A stretch of DNA of 64,000 nucleotides from an uncultured Coriobacteriaceae bacterium (GTDB taxonomy: Bacteria > Actinomycetota > Coriobacteriia > Coriobacteriales > UMGS124): the NCBI GenBank assembly GCA_900539345.1, contig UQBS01000002.1, positions 15,723 to 79,722 on the forward strand, in the 5' to 3' direction. The notes beneath the pieces were generated by a model that had not been told where the DNA came from, did not search any database, and saw only the letters and a list, made by a program, of their open reading frames with translations. The translations under genes and the position numbers were made by a program. Shown here piece after piece: positions 1 through 9,351 of the stretch. Every line of letters starts with the position of its first letter. Positions within the stretch are counted from its first letter, which is position 1.

Positions 1-20
1 TGCAGAAACTAGCAAAAAAC

Positions 21-95
21 TGGCTGGGATAGAGGGAGTCGAACCCCCATACCGGGAACCAAAAACCCGTGTCCTAACCATTGGACGATATCCCA
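21..95 (-). tRNA. tRNA-Gln (anticodon UUG)
   Basis: Reverse complement gives a 75-nt cloverleaf: acceptor TGGGATA/TATCCCA, discriminator G, CCA end, T-loop TTCGACT, anticodon loop TTTTGGT. U1:A72 is typical of bacterial tRNA-Gln. Confidence 0.85.
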
Positions 96-245
96 ATGCC
101 GTTTGCCTGGCGCAGTATGCCGTAAATCGACTACTGTGCTACGTGACCGAAAATTGTACCAGCCTTAACGGCAGCGTCAAGGAGCGCTTTTATAGTGGTC
201 CCAACTTTTACATGACCGCCGGCATTTACATGGTACGGAGCGAAC

Positions 246-656
246 GTGAGCATCGATTCAATGAGGCGAGTGCTAAGGGGCAAGGCACGCGTCGCATTCC
301 CCATTGCCTCTGTGCTGATAGCCATCCTCATCATAGCGAGTCCCTTCATGGGCGGCCCGCTTGCCTTTTTGCACGAGTTGGCGTTCGCGCGTTTCTGCAT
401 GTTCTGGTGCCTGGGAGTGTGCATCGTGCTCACCACGAGCGCCAGACCCCTTCGCCCGGCGGTGGTGGCGAGCATATCCACGGCAATATCCATCGTGGTG
501 TCGGTTGTGCTGTACTTCTTGTACGAGCGCGTGGCCGACATTGTCATTGGCATTGCGCCGTTCTTCTTTTCATGCCTGTCGGGCGCCATCCTGGGCGCCC
601 TTGCAGGCACGTGGCTCATTTATGCGTTGGTATACGCAGGAAACAACCGCAGTTAG
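246..656 (+). CDS. hypothetical small integral membrane protein (about 4 TM segments)
   Basis: Of four overlapping ORFs here, only this frame gives a plausible protein, with hydrophobic helices separated by short charged loops. No recognisable family. Confidence 0.4.
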   Translation: MSIDSMRRVLRGKARVAFPIASVLIAILIIASPFMGGPLAFLHELAFARFCMFWCLGVCIVLTTSARPLRPAVVASISTAISIVVSVVLYFLYERVADIVIGIAPFFFSCLSGAILGALAGTWLIYALVYAGNNRS

Positions 657-660
657 GGCG

Positions 661-1599
661 CTAGTTACTGCCGAGGGCGTCGCACAGGGCATCAACCACG
701 GCGATGGCGGCGTTCTGCACCATGCGCGAGGTGACGGAGCCGTCGTAACGGTTGAGGTCGGCAAGTTCCAGGCGGATGAGGCTGGGGCGCGCGGACTGGT
801 TGTCCAAGGCGGCGCGCAGCTTGCAACAGATGGGCGAGCCGTTCTGCACTACGATGTTAATCGCCCTTGCAGGCAGAACGTCGCCGGCCTCCAGGGGAGC
901 GGTGGCCAGAATCATCACGACGTCGCTGTTTTTGAGGTCGCGAAGCTCGCCATTGGTGAGTGCGTCGGAAAGGGTAATGTGGGCATCGCTCGTGGTGGCG
1001 TATGCCACGTTCCAGATGCGGCTTGCCACGTTGCGGGCAATGGGGTCCGTCGCGCCGATGAGGATGCGGTTGGACTCAAGGACCTCCACGGCACGGGCAA
1101 GGCCCATATGGCCGTTGACGAAGTCGGGGTTGACCGACTTGCCCTGCCACACGTGGTGCAGGCGCTCGATGGCGTCGAAGGTGTCCTGGAAGGCCATGCC
1201 GTCGGCGGTGAGGCCCATGTTGGCCTGGAACTCCTTCACGGCGGCTTCGGTGTGAGGGCCGTAGAAGCCGTCGACCGTGCCGCATGAGAAGCCGAGCACA
1301 TTGAGCGTCATCTGCAAGTGGCTCACGTCGGCACCGTGGAAGTAAGGAAGACGCAGGTAAAGCGTACGGTCGCCCATGTGATAGGTCTCGTCGACCAACA
1401 CGATCCAGGCAACCTCGTCAATCTCGTCGGACATGGGGAGACCGTGCTGGGCACGGAAGGAGCGCACGGCGGCGGCCGTCGTGGGGCCAAACGCCTGGGC
1501 GATGCGCTCGTCATCGGAGATGGAGGCCCCCAGGTTGATGAGCCTCTGCTGTACGTCCTCGACTGCCGCCCCGATGAGTCCCGGCTTGATTGCGTCCAT
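661..1599 (-). CDS. peptidoglycan-binding domain protein (two PG_binding_1-like repeats plus an uncharacterised C-terminal domain)
   Basis: Two N-terminal repeats of the type V..LQ..L..LG...DG.FGP.T..AV..FQ. The C-terminal ~170 aa have no recognisable motif. Confidence 0.7.
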   Translation of the reverse strand: MDAIKPGLIGAAVEDVQQRLINLGASISDDERIAQAFGPTTAAAVRSFRAQHGLPMSDEIDEVAWIVLVDETYHMGDRTLYLRLPYFHGADVSHLQMTLNVLGFSCGTVDGFYGPHTEAAVKEFQANMGLTADGMAFQDTFDAIERLHHVWQGKSVNPDFVNGHMGLARAVEVLESNRILIGATDPIARNVASRIWNVAYATTSDAHITLSDALTNGELRDLKNSDVVMILATAPLEAGDVLPARAINIVVQNGSPICCKLRAALDNQSARPSLIRLELADLNRYDGSVTSRMVQNAAIAVVDALCDALGSN

Positions 1600-1619
1600 T
1601 GCTGCCTCCCGGAGTCAGA

Positions 1620-2633
1620 TTAAACGATGCGCTCGATGAAGAAATCGGCCATGGAGAAAAGCAGGTTCTTGGCTGGCTGTGCAAGCTCCACGGGTGCGAG
1701 GGCTTCCTTGGCCTCGCGCACAAGCTTGAGCGACAGCTCGCGGGCATGCGCGATGGAACCTGCTTGCTCCATGAGCTCCACGGCGCGGGCCAGAAGCTCG
1801 GGGTCGGTGGTGTGTGCCGAAAGGATGCCGCGCAGCTCGTCGCTCACCTGGGGGTTTGCCAGGGCATGCACAACCATGAGGGTGCGCTTGCCCTCGGTGA
1901 TGTCACAGCGGAAGTCCTTGGCGACCGACTCCTTGTCACCTACGAGGTTGAGCAGGTCGTCTTGGAGCTGGAATGCCAGGCCCGTTGCCATGCCGAACGA
2001 GCGCAGTGCCTCGACCTGCTCGGTGGTGCCGCCGCCGATAATGGCGCCGCAGGCGAGCGGCACGGCGACGGAGTAATAGGCGGTCTTGTGAGAGGCCATG
2101 GTGAGGTAGTCGTCTTCGGAGATGTCCCAGCGGGCGTCGCGCGCCCAGCCGATGTCGAGTGCCTGACCCTCGATGGTGCGGGTGGTCATGCGCACGAGCT
2201 CGCCGAGCACGCGCACCTTGGTGGCGTCGTCGAGCCTGTCGTCCTGAAGAACGGTACCCGTGACCTGCGAAAGCGCAAGGTCGCCGGCGTTGATGGCCAG
2301 GCCAAGGCCCATCGTGAGATGCAGGCACGGCTCACCGCGGCGAAGTTCGCCCTCGTCGGCGATGTCGTCGTGGATGAGGGCTGCGGTGTGGAAATGCTCC
2401 ACAGAGGCCGCCGCACTCGAGGCAAGCTCAGCCGAACCACCTACCGCCATGCAGCCCAGGAAGCACACGACGGGACGGGTGCGCTTGCCACCGTTTGCCG
2501 AGTACTTGGCCAGGGGTGCGTACAGGTAAGCATCCATGTCGGGATGCGAACCGTTTTCCGCGTAGTAGGAGGCGATAAGCTCGTCTACCTTTGCGTAGTG
2601 GTCGTTGAGGAAGCTCATGAAGTCAGTTGCCAT
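1620..2633 (-). CDS. polyprenyl diphosphate synthase (trans-isoprenyl diphosphate synthase family)
   Basis: First and second Asp-rich motifs are present (LIHDDIADEGELRRG and FQLQDDLLN). Start moved to the ATG at 2633 because the track's 5' extension runs into tRNA-Leu. Confidence 0.85.
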   Translation of the reverse strand: MATDFMSFLNDHYAKVDELIASYYAENGSHPDMDAYLYAPLAKYSANGGKRTRPVVCFLGCMAVGGSAELASSAAASVEHFHTAALIHDDIADEGELRRGEPCLHLTMGLGLAINAGDLALSQVTGTVLQDDRLDDATKVRVLGELVRMTTRTIEGQALDIGWARDARWDISEDDYLTMASHKTAYYSVAVPLACGAIIGGGTTEQVEALRSFGMATGLAFQLQDDLLNLVGDKESVAKDFRCDITEGKRTLMVVHALANPQVSDELRGILSAHTTDPELLARAVELMEQAGSIAHARELSLKLVREAKEALAPVELAQPAKNLLFSMADFFIERIV

Positions 2634-2678
2634 CAAAACCGCATCTCTTAAAAAGGCCCGGTCGTATAAAAGAAAAGA

Positions 2679-2762
2679 TGGTAGGAGCGGCGGGACTCGA
2701 ACCCGCATGCCTCGCGGCGAGTGATTTTAAGTCACCTGCGTCTGCCATTCCGCCACGCTCCC
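2679..2762 (-). tRNA. tRNA-Leu (anticodon UAA), long variable arm
   Basis: 84-nt reverse complement GGGAGCGTGGCGGAATGGCAGA...GGTGACTTAAAATCACT...GCGGGTTCGAGTCCCGCCGCTCCTACCA. Anticodon loop is CTTAAAA. Confidence 0.9.
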
Positions 2763-2810
2763 AGCCAAAAGCACTTTAGCACAGCTTTGACGAGAAACGT
2801 GCCGCATGTG

Positions 2811-3815
2811 TCATCCGCGCATCATCTGCGGGTTCCACGCCAGGGGCGGCTGAACACCGACCGCCTGCGCATGCATGCATTCCACGACCCCGAACAGCGA
2901 GTTCGACTCGCTCGTGACAAAGCCCGGCCATCCGCCCGCCTCGACAAGCTCGTCGAGGATGAGGGCGCCGGCGTGGATGACGTGGGCGCGCTTGGGCTGC
3001 AGGCCCACGAGACCGCGGCGCTCGAGCGTGCTCATGTGCAGCAAGCGCTCTGTGAGGTCGTGCAGCGCATCGCGGTCTGTCTGGCGCAGGTGTACGAAGT
3101 CGCTGTCGTAGGGGTCAAGCTCGGCCAGTACCGCAACGAGCGTCGTGGCAGTACCGCCCACACAGGCAAGCGTCTCGGGTAGGTTGGTCTGCTGCACCAG
3201 ATGCGCTTCGAAGATGCCACGGGCAAAGTCGCGGGCGCGGCGCACGGCGACTGGGTCGCACGGCTCGTTGTCGGGGCAGGCAAGGAAGCGCTCGCAGACC
3301 CTGCGCGCGCCGATGTTGAGCGAGGCGGCTCCCAGCTGCACAAGGTGCCCCTGCGCGTCGCGGCTGCCGCTGGACAGTTCCGTGGAGCCGCCGCCGATGT
3401 CGCAGACCTCGACGGTCGTGCCCATGAAGTCACTGGTCACGCCGAGAAGTCCCAAGGCTGCCTCGTCAGCGCCTGCGATGACCTGGGGTTTGAGGCCGAG
3501 TTCTTCCAGGCGTGCCGTGAGGTCGCGCGAGTTGCTCGCGTCGCGGGCGGCGCTGGTGGCGGTGAGGCAGCTCACGAGGGAGAGCCCCTGTTCCTGGGCA
3601 AGCTCGCGGGCTTGGGCCAGGTAGTCGGCTATACAGTCCACGGTGCGCCCTATCGCCTGGGGCAGCAGCGAGCCGCTTGCGTCGACGCCCTCTCCCAGGT
3701 CGGTCACGCATGCTCGGCGCAAAAGGGCCCGGGTGCTGCCTGCCTCGTCGCGCGTGGCGCACAGCATGCAGGTGGATACGGTGCCTGCATCAAGTGCACA
3801 GTACAGGTTCGCCAT
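2811..3815 (-). CDS. Ppx/GppA family phosphatase (exopolyphosphatase / guanosine pentaphosphatase-like)
   Basis: ASKHA-fold motifs are present: N-terminal ALDAGT, phosphate-2 DIGGGSTEL, and later GGTATT. Confidence 0.8.
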   Translation of the reverse strand: MANLYCALDAGTVSTCMLCATRDEAGSTRALLRRACVTDLGEGVDASGSLLPQAIGRTVDCIADYLAQARELAQEQGLSLVSCLTATSAARDASNSRDLTARLEELGLKPQVIAGADEAALGLLGVTSDFMGTTVEVCDIGGGSTELSSGSRDAQGHLVQLGAASLNIGARRVCERFLACPDNEPCDPVAVRRARDFARGIFEAHLVQQTNLPETLACVGGTATTLVAVLAELDPYDSDFVHLRQTDRDALHDLTERLLHMSTLERRGLVGLQPKRAHVIHAGALILDELVEAGGWPGFVTSESNSLFGVVECMHAQAVGVQPPLAWNPQMMRG

Positions 3816-3842
3816 GGTGCAGCTCCTATTCGTTTGTGTGGT

Positions 3843-5072
3843 TTAGCCTTGGACGGGAAGCGCGCTCGTTACCTGGGTGCTGGTGCTCGTCTCGCTCAGG
3901 GTCGCCACAGACTCGTCGCTTTGCACGGCGGTGGTGGAGCCCGCCTCTCCGAAGACCTGATCGAGAATGTCGGTCACCCAGGTGGAGGAGTTCTCGCCGC
4001 TTCCGCGCTTGACCTCGGCGGGAATGGGCGTGTCAGCGGGGGTGTAGGGGGCGTTGTCCACTGTAATGGGTACCTCGTCGGGCATGACGAGGCCCCAGGT
4101 CTTGTGGGCCATGTCCTGCACGCCCTCGGCGGTCTGCAGCGAGCTCACACTCTTCTGCAGGGCGTCGACGCGGGCCTGGTTCTGGGCGAGCTCGTTGGTC
4201 AGGCGCTCGTTCTCGCGCATGGCGCTGTAGAGCTGCTGGGCAGGCGTGTAGAGCGTCACGCAGGTGACCACGACGCACGCCAGGCAGGTGAGGGTCATGG
4301 CAACACGGCGAATGAACTCCTCCGTGTCGCGCGGGGCCGCGATGATGCCGGACACGCGGATGGACCGTTTGGCTGCCTGCTTGTCGGGCGCGTTGGAGCC
4401 GCCCTGCTGGGCCGAGGCAGCCGCGGGGCGGGGCCTGGGGCGCGCGACGCCGGCCCTGCTTGCGGCGGGGCGTTCGCGTGCGGCTCGCTCAGCTGCCTCG
4501 ATGTACTGCTCTTCGGCGGGGAACTGCTCGGCGGCCTCTGAGGGCTCGGGCGTCTGCCGGGGTTTGGGCTCGGCGGCTTTCACTGTGCGGTTTGCCGCGC
4601 GCTGTGCGCGTTGGGCCTGGTTCGACACGGTGGGTCGCGCCTGCGCCTGATGGGCTCCGCCCACCACGACGTGCATCTGTGAGCGGATGTCAACGGTGCC
4701 GGGTATAGCGAGGGGCGGGGCGGCCTGCGGCGCGATGTCTTCCTGCTCGGGCTGCGCCGCCCTCTCGATTGTGGGAACAGGACGTTTGCCGAGCGATTTC
4801 GCCGCGCGCTTGGCCGACTTGGCGCTCGCGTAAGGAGAGGTGTCCACGTCCTGGGCAAAGCTCTCCTGATTGGTGAAGTCTACCGGGCCACGGCCAAAGC
4901 CCGGCTGAGGCACCTGCGTGGGGGCAGGTGCGGAGTAGGCGCCTTGGGTGCCTGCTGCCGGTTGCTTTGGGGGCATGGGTGCCATGCGTGGGTCTCCTCG
5001 GTCGGACGATGGTGCGGATGCAATCTTGGGGTTGTTCATCATAGCCATGATAGCGACCGTTTGCGGCTCCAT
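3843..5072 (-). CDS. septum formation initiator (FtsB/DivIC-like) protein with long disordered N-terminus
   Basis: Pro/Ala/Gln-rich N-terminal ~230 aa, a single TM (VAMTLTCLACVVVTCVTLY), then a coiled coil (LYSAMRENERLTNELAQNQARVDALQ) typical of FtsB/DivIC. Confidence 0.7.
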   Translation of the reverse strand: MEPQTVAIMAMMNNPKIASAPSSDRGDPRMAPMPPKQPAAGTQGAYSAPAPTQVPQPGFGRGPVDFTNQESFAQDVDTSPYASAKSAKRAAKSLGKRPVPTIERAAQPEQEDIAPQAAPPLAIPGTVDIRSQMHVVVGGAHQAQARPTVSNQAQRAQRAANRTVKAAEPKPRQTPEPSEAAEQFPAEEQYIEAAERAARERPAASRAGVARPRPRPAAASAQQGGSNAPDKQAAKRSIRVSGIIAAPRDTEEFIRRVAMTLTCLACVVVTCVTLYTPAQQLYSAMRENERLTNELAQNQARVDALQKSVSSLQTAEGVQDMAHKTWGLVMPDEVPITVDNAPYTPADTPIPAEVKRGSGENSSTWVTDILDQVFGEAGSTTAVQSDESVATLSETSTSTQVTSALPVQG

Positions 5073-5191
5073 CGCCGTGTGGTCTTAGTTTCCATCCATC
5101 TTCTGCGCAAGCGTTGCGCTAAAGTTTTACGCGCCTGTCAATTTGACATTTTCGGACGCGTCTGTGAGGCGGGTCCGTAGAAGGAGCTCAC

Positions 5192-6568
5192 ATGGGAGTC
5201 ACCGCTATTGTTTTGGCCGCAGGTGAGGGCACGCGCATGAAGTCGTCCCGCCCCAAGGTGGTCCACGAGGTTTTGGGCAAGTCCATGGTCCGGTGGGTCG
5301 TCGACGCTGCCCGCACTGCGGGTGTCGACCGCTGCGTCGTCGTGGTGGGCAACGGCGCCGAGCAGGTGGAGGCGCTCTTTGCCGGAGACGCCGACGTCGA
5401 GTGCGTGCTGCAGGAGCAGCGCCTGGGCACGGGCCACGCCGTTCGCGCCGCCCTTGAGAAGACGCAGGTGGAAGACGGCCAGGTCCTGGTGCTGTGCGGC
5501 GACACGCCCCTTCTGCGCACCGAGACCCTGAAGTCGCTCGTCGATGCCACCATGTCGCCCGCGCACGAGGCCGGCGCCCTCCTCACGATGACCTATGACG
5601 ACCCCACGGGCTATGGCCGCGTCATGGTGGCCGAGGACGGTTGCGCCACCGCCATCGTGGAGCAGAAGGACTGCACGGCCGAGCAGGCGCTTGTCAAGAC
5701 CTGCAACGCCGGCGTCTATTGCTTCGACGCAGAACTTCTGCGCGCTCATATCTCTGAGCTTACCTGCGAAAACGCACAGAATGAGTACTACCTCACCGAC
5801 ATGGTGGGTATCCTGCGTGCCCACGGCGCCGCCATGGCGGCCGTCGACTGCCCCGACGCGGTGGAGCTCATGGGCGTGAACTCGCGCATTCAGCTTGCCC
5901 AGGCGAGCCGCGCCATGCAGGAGCGCATCAACCTGACCCACATGGCTGCCGGCGTCACGATGCTCGACCCCACGCAGGTGTGGATCGGCCCCGACGTCAC
6001 GATTGGCCGCGACACCGAGATCCTGCCGGGCACGATGCTGTGGGGCGACACCCACATCGGTGAGAACTGCGTCGTCGGCCCCCAGACCCGCCTCACCGAC
6101 ACGCGCGTGGGTTCGGGCTGCGTCGTGGACGAGACCGTGGCCGTGCAGGCCGTGATTGACAACGACGTGGAGTGCGGCCCGCGCGCCTACCTGCGTCCCG
6201 GCGCCCATCTGTGCGACGGCTCCAAGGCGGGCACGCACGTGGAGATCAAGAAGTCCACGGTGGGCAAGGGTTCGAAGGTGCCGCACCTCTCCTACATCGG
6301 CGACTGTACCATCGGCGAGGGCGTCAACATCGGTGCGGGTACCATTACCTGCAACTATGACGGCAAGAACAAGAACGCCACCACTATCGGCGACGGCTCG
6401 TTCATCGGCTCGGACACCATGCTTGTGGCCCCCGTCAACATCGGCAGCCACTGCACGGTAGGCGCCGGCTCCACCATCACCCGCGACGTGCCCGACGGCG
6501 CCCTTGCGGTGGAGCGCTCCGAACAAACGGTGAAGCCTGGCTGGCGTCCTAAATGGGACCGCGCTTAG
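5192..6568 (+). CDS. glmU: bifunctional UDP-N-acetylglucosamine pyrophosphorylase / glucosamine-1-phosphate N-acetyltransferase
   Basis: N-terminal LAAGEGTRMKS nucleotidyltransferase motif, C-terminal left-handed beta-helix hexapeptide repeats, and an AGGAG RBS upstream. Confidence 0.95.
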   Translation: MGVTAIVLAAGEGTRMKSSRPKVVHEVLGKSMVRWVVDAARTAGVDRCVVVVGNGAEQVEALFAGDADVECVLQEQRLGTGHAVRAALEKTQVEDGQVLVLCGDTPLLRTETLKSLVDATMSPAHEAGALLTMTYDDPTGYGRVMVAEDGCATAIVEQKDCTAEQALVKTCNAGVYCFDAELLRAHISELTCENAQNEYYLTDMVGILRAHGAAMAAVDCPDAVELMGVNSRIQLAQASRAMQERINLTHMAAGVTMLDPTQVWIGPDVTIGRDTEILPGTMLWGDTHIGENCVVGPQTRLTDTRVGSGCVVDETVAVQAVIDNDVECGPRAYLRPGAHLCDGSKAGTHVEIKKSTVGKGSKVPHLSYIGDCTIGEGVNIGAGTITCNYDGKNKNATTIGDGSFIGSDTMLVAPVNIGSHCTVGAGSTITRDVPDGALAVERSEQTVKPGWRPKWDRA

Positions 6569-6655
6569 CGTATAAACTGGAGTATTGTTTGTACGATGCG
6601 TTTTTATATGCAACTGTAGGCTGGGCACACAACGTTTGAGAGGGGCACGGAACAG

Positions 6656-7633
6656 ATGAATCCCATCCAGAAGAGCATGAAGGTCTTCTCCGGCACGTCG
6701 AATAGGGCGTTCGCCGAGTCGGTGGCCGCAAAGCTCGGCACGACGCTGGGAGATCTGCAGATCGAGAAGTTCGCCAACGGCGAGATTTACACGCGTTTTG
6801 CTGAGAGCGTGCGCGGCTGCGATGTCTTCTTCATCCAGTCGGTCTCCGGTCCCCACCTCAACGACATGCTGATGGAGGTCCTGATCGCGGCCGACGCTGC
6901 CAAGCGTGCCTCCGCTCGTACCTTCACCGCCGTGCTTACCCACTACGCCTACGCTCGTCAGGACCGCAAGGCCCAGCCCCGCGAGCCCATCACGGCCCGC
7001 CTGGTCGCCGACCTCTACGAGGCCGCGGGCGTCAACCGCGTCATCACGGTCGACCTGCACCAGGGCCAGATCCAGGGTTACTTCGACGTCCCGGTGAACC
7101 ACCTCACCGCCATGCCCATCTTCGCCGAGTACTACACGGCCAAGGGCTTCGACATGAACAACACCGTCGTCGTTTCGCCCGACGTGGGTCGCGCCAAGGC
7201 CTCCAAGCGCCTGGCCGACATGCTTGGCTGCGACCTGGCCGTTGCCCACAAGAACCGCGCCGCCCACAACGAGGCCGAGGTCATGGGCATCCTGGGCAAC
7301 ATCCAGGGCAAGACCTGCATCATCAACGACGACATGATCGACACCGCCGGCACCCTGTGCGGCGCGGTGCGCGAGCTCAAGAACCTCGGCGCCGGCGACA
7401 TCTACGTGGGTGCCACGCACGGCCTGTTCTCCGGCCCCGCCTACGAGCGCCTGCTCGATCCGACCCTTCCCATCGTCGAGGTCGCTGTCACCGACGCTGT
7501 ACCCGTGCCCGTGGAGAAGCGCGGCGACCGCATCAAGGTCCTGTCGCTTGCCGACGAGTTCGCCAAGGCCATCCAGAACGTGTACGACGAGACGTCCGTC
7601 TCCAAGATGCTGGGTGTCAACCCCGAGTTCTAA
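6656..7633 (+). CDS. prs: ribose-phosphate pyrophosphokinase
   Basis: Typical Prs sequence (KVFSGTSN, FANGE, PYYAYARQDRK-like HYAYARQDRK, DDMIDTAGT). Lies in the conserved glmU-prs-pth order. Confidence 0.95.
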   Translation: MNPIQKSMKVFSGTSNRAFAESVAAKLGTTLGDLQIEKFANGEIYTRFAESVRGCDVFFIQSVSGPHLNDMLMEVLIAADAAKRASARTFTAVLTHYAYARQDRKAQPREPITARLVADLYEAAGVNRVITVDLHQGQIQGYFDVPVNHLTAMPIFAEYYTAKGFDMNNTVVVSPDVGRAKASKRLADMLGCDLAVAHKNRAAHNEAEVMGILGNIQGKTCIINDDMIDTAGTLCGAVRELKNLGAGDIYVGATHGLFSGPAYERLLDPTLPIVEVAVTDAVPVPVEKRGDRIKVLSLADEFAKAIQNVYDETSVSKMLGVNPEF

Positions 7634-7750
7634 TCCGATTGGGGCAGGCCAGGGCATGTGCCGTGGCTTGCCTTTGTTTTTCTGCAAGCAAGGTACAGTG
7701 CGAGTGGTCGAGCCAGGGTTGCCTGGCTCGATTTGTATAGGAGGGGTCAG

Positions 7751-8347
7751 ATGGCGGGCAAAACCGTCAAAGACGTGCCGGTTGGCATTGTGTGCGGCCT
7801 GGGAAACCCTGGCAGTGAGTATGAGCGCACGAGGCACAACGCCGGTTTCTTGGCAATCGACGTGCTGGCAAACGAGCTGGGCGCGCGCTACTGGAAAAAC
7901 AAGCCGGGCGCGGCCGTGTGCGAGGTGAGCGTTGCGGGCCGCAAGGTCGTGCTTGTGAAGCCCCAGTCGTACATGAACGTCTCGGGCGGTCCTCTCAAGA
8001 AGATTGCCGAGGAGTACCGCGTGCCTGCCGCCGGCATCCTGGTGATCCACGACGAGCTCGAGCTGCCTGCGGGTGCGGTGGCACTCAAGATGGGCGGTGG
8101 CCACGCCGGCCACAACGGCCTGCGCTCCATCGGTGAGAAGCTGGGAACCCCCGACTACCCGCGCGTACGCTGCGGCATCGGTCGCCCACCGGGAAAGATG
8201 GCCCCGGCCGACTACGTCCTCCAGCAGCTGCGCGGCCGCGACTGGGAGGAGTTCGAGGTCACGGCGGCCGATGCGGCTCTTGCGGCCCGTTTTGCCCTGG
8301 AGCAGGGTGTGGCTGCGGCACTTGCCAAGTACCCAGCCAAGAAGTAG
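7751..8347 (+). CDS. pth: peptidyl-tRNA hydrolase
   Basis: GLGNPG..Y..TRHNAGF motif. Start set at the ATG at 7751, which is preceded by AGGAGGGG. Confidence 0.9.
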   Translation: MAGKTVKDVPVGIVCGLGNPGSEYERTRHNAGFLAIDVLANELGARYWKNKPGAAVCEVSVAGRKVVLVKPQSYMNVSGGPLKKIAEEYRVPAAGILVIHDELELPAGAVALKMGGGHAGHNGLRSIGEKLGTPDYPRVRCGIGRPPGKMAPADYVLQQLRGRDWEEFEVTAADAALAARFALEQGVAAALAKYPAKK

Positions 8348-8478
8348 GGGACTGCGAGGCGCTGGGCGCCTCGGTGTGAGTTTTTCAATCAGCGGTTTTC
8401 TGTGGGTGACAGACGGAGCGCAGGGGTCGCATCATGGCGCATATAGGAGAGTCGAACAATGCTGACGGGGAGGGAACC

Positions 8479-9351
8479 GTGCATCGAATTCTAAAGAAGG
8501 AGCTTCTGGCGCAGGGCACGTGGCTCATGCGCGTGGAAGCGCCGGCCGTTGCCGCCAAGGCGCAAGCTGGTCAGTTCTTCCTGGTACGCGCACGTGAGGG
8601 AGCCGAGCGTGTACCGTTTACGTTCTGCGATTGGAACGCCCAAGAGGGTTGGATCGAGTTCGTGTTCCTCGTGGTGGGACGCACGACCGAGTTGCTTACC
8701 ACCTTCGAGGAGGGCCAGGAACTGCTCGACGTGACAGGTCCTTTGGGCAATCCCTCCAACATGGAGGGCGTCGCCGGGCAGCGTTGGGCTGTGGCCGGCG
8801 GCGGCGTGGGCCTGGCGGCGGCGTACCCCGTGGCACGCGCGCTGGCACAGGCCGGCGCCCAGGTGAGCGCCATCGTGGCTGCTCGTAGCCGTGACCTGCT
8901 TGTGCTTGAGGACAAGTTTCGCGCAATCGAGGGTGCTGATATTATCGTTGTGACCGACGACGGCTCCTACGGTGAGAAGGGTTTTGCCACCGGTCCCTTG
9001 GAGCGCCTGGCCAAGGCCGGCGAGATCGACCATGCCTTTGCGGTGGGCCCCGTTCCCATGATGGGCGCCTGCGTGAAGGCTGTGTCGGCCTATGACGTGC
9101 CCGTGACCGTCTCGCTCAACCCGGTCATGCTCGACGGTACAGGCATGTGCGGCGGTTGCCGCGTGGTGGTGGACGGCCAGGTTCGCTTTGCCTGCATCGA
9201 CGGCGTCGACTTCGACGGCGCCAAGGTTGACTGGGCCGACCTGCGCAGCCGCCTGCGCACGTTTGGCGCACAGGAGAAGGAATCGCTCGAGCTTGCCCAT
9301 GCCTGCCGCATGCAGGCGGCGGCCGATGCCCTGGAAGGAGCCGCACGATGA
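8479..9351 (+). CDS. FAD/NAD(P)-binding, [2Fe-2S] subunit of an NfnAB / sulfide dehydrogenase-type oxidoreductase (dihydroorotate dehydrogenase electron-transfer-subunit-like)
   Basis: Ferredoxin-NADP reductase-like fold with a C-terminal Cys cluster (CGGCRV...FACIDG). Overlaps the next gene by 4 nt. Start placed at the GTG at 8479 after GGGGAGGG, which aligns with the family's short N-terminus; the ATG at 8434 is possible. Confidence 0.75.
   Translation: MHRILKKELLAQGTWLMRVEAPAVAAKAQAGQFFLVRAREGAERVPFTFCDWNAQEGWIEFVFLVVGRTTELLTTFEEGQELLDVTGPLGNPSNMEGVAGQRWAVAGGGVGLAAAYPVARALAQAGAQVSAIVAARSRDLLVLEDKFRAIEGADIIVVTDDGSYGEKGFATGPLERLAKAGEIDHAFAVGPVPMMGACVKAVSAYDVPVTVSLNPVMLDGTGMCGGCRVVVDGQVRFACIDGVDFDGAKVDWADLRSRLRTFGAQEKESLELAHACRMQAAADALEGAAR

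Noticed and set aside
2634-2708. 5' extension of the polyprenyl synthase ORF
   Set aside because: The extension overlaps the tRNA-Leu gene on the same strand. The internal ATG at 2633 gives a normal family N-terminus.
5138-8113. 991-aa minus-strand ORF spanning glmU, prs and pth
   Set aside because: It is antisense to three strongly recognisable genes. The translation is Gly/Ala/Arg/His/Val-rich with no motifs, which is a typical high-GC shadow ORF.
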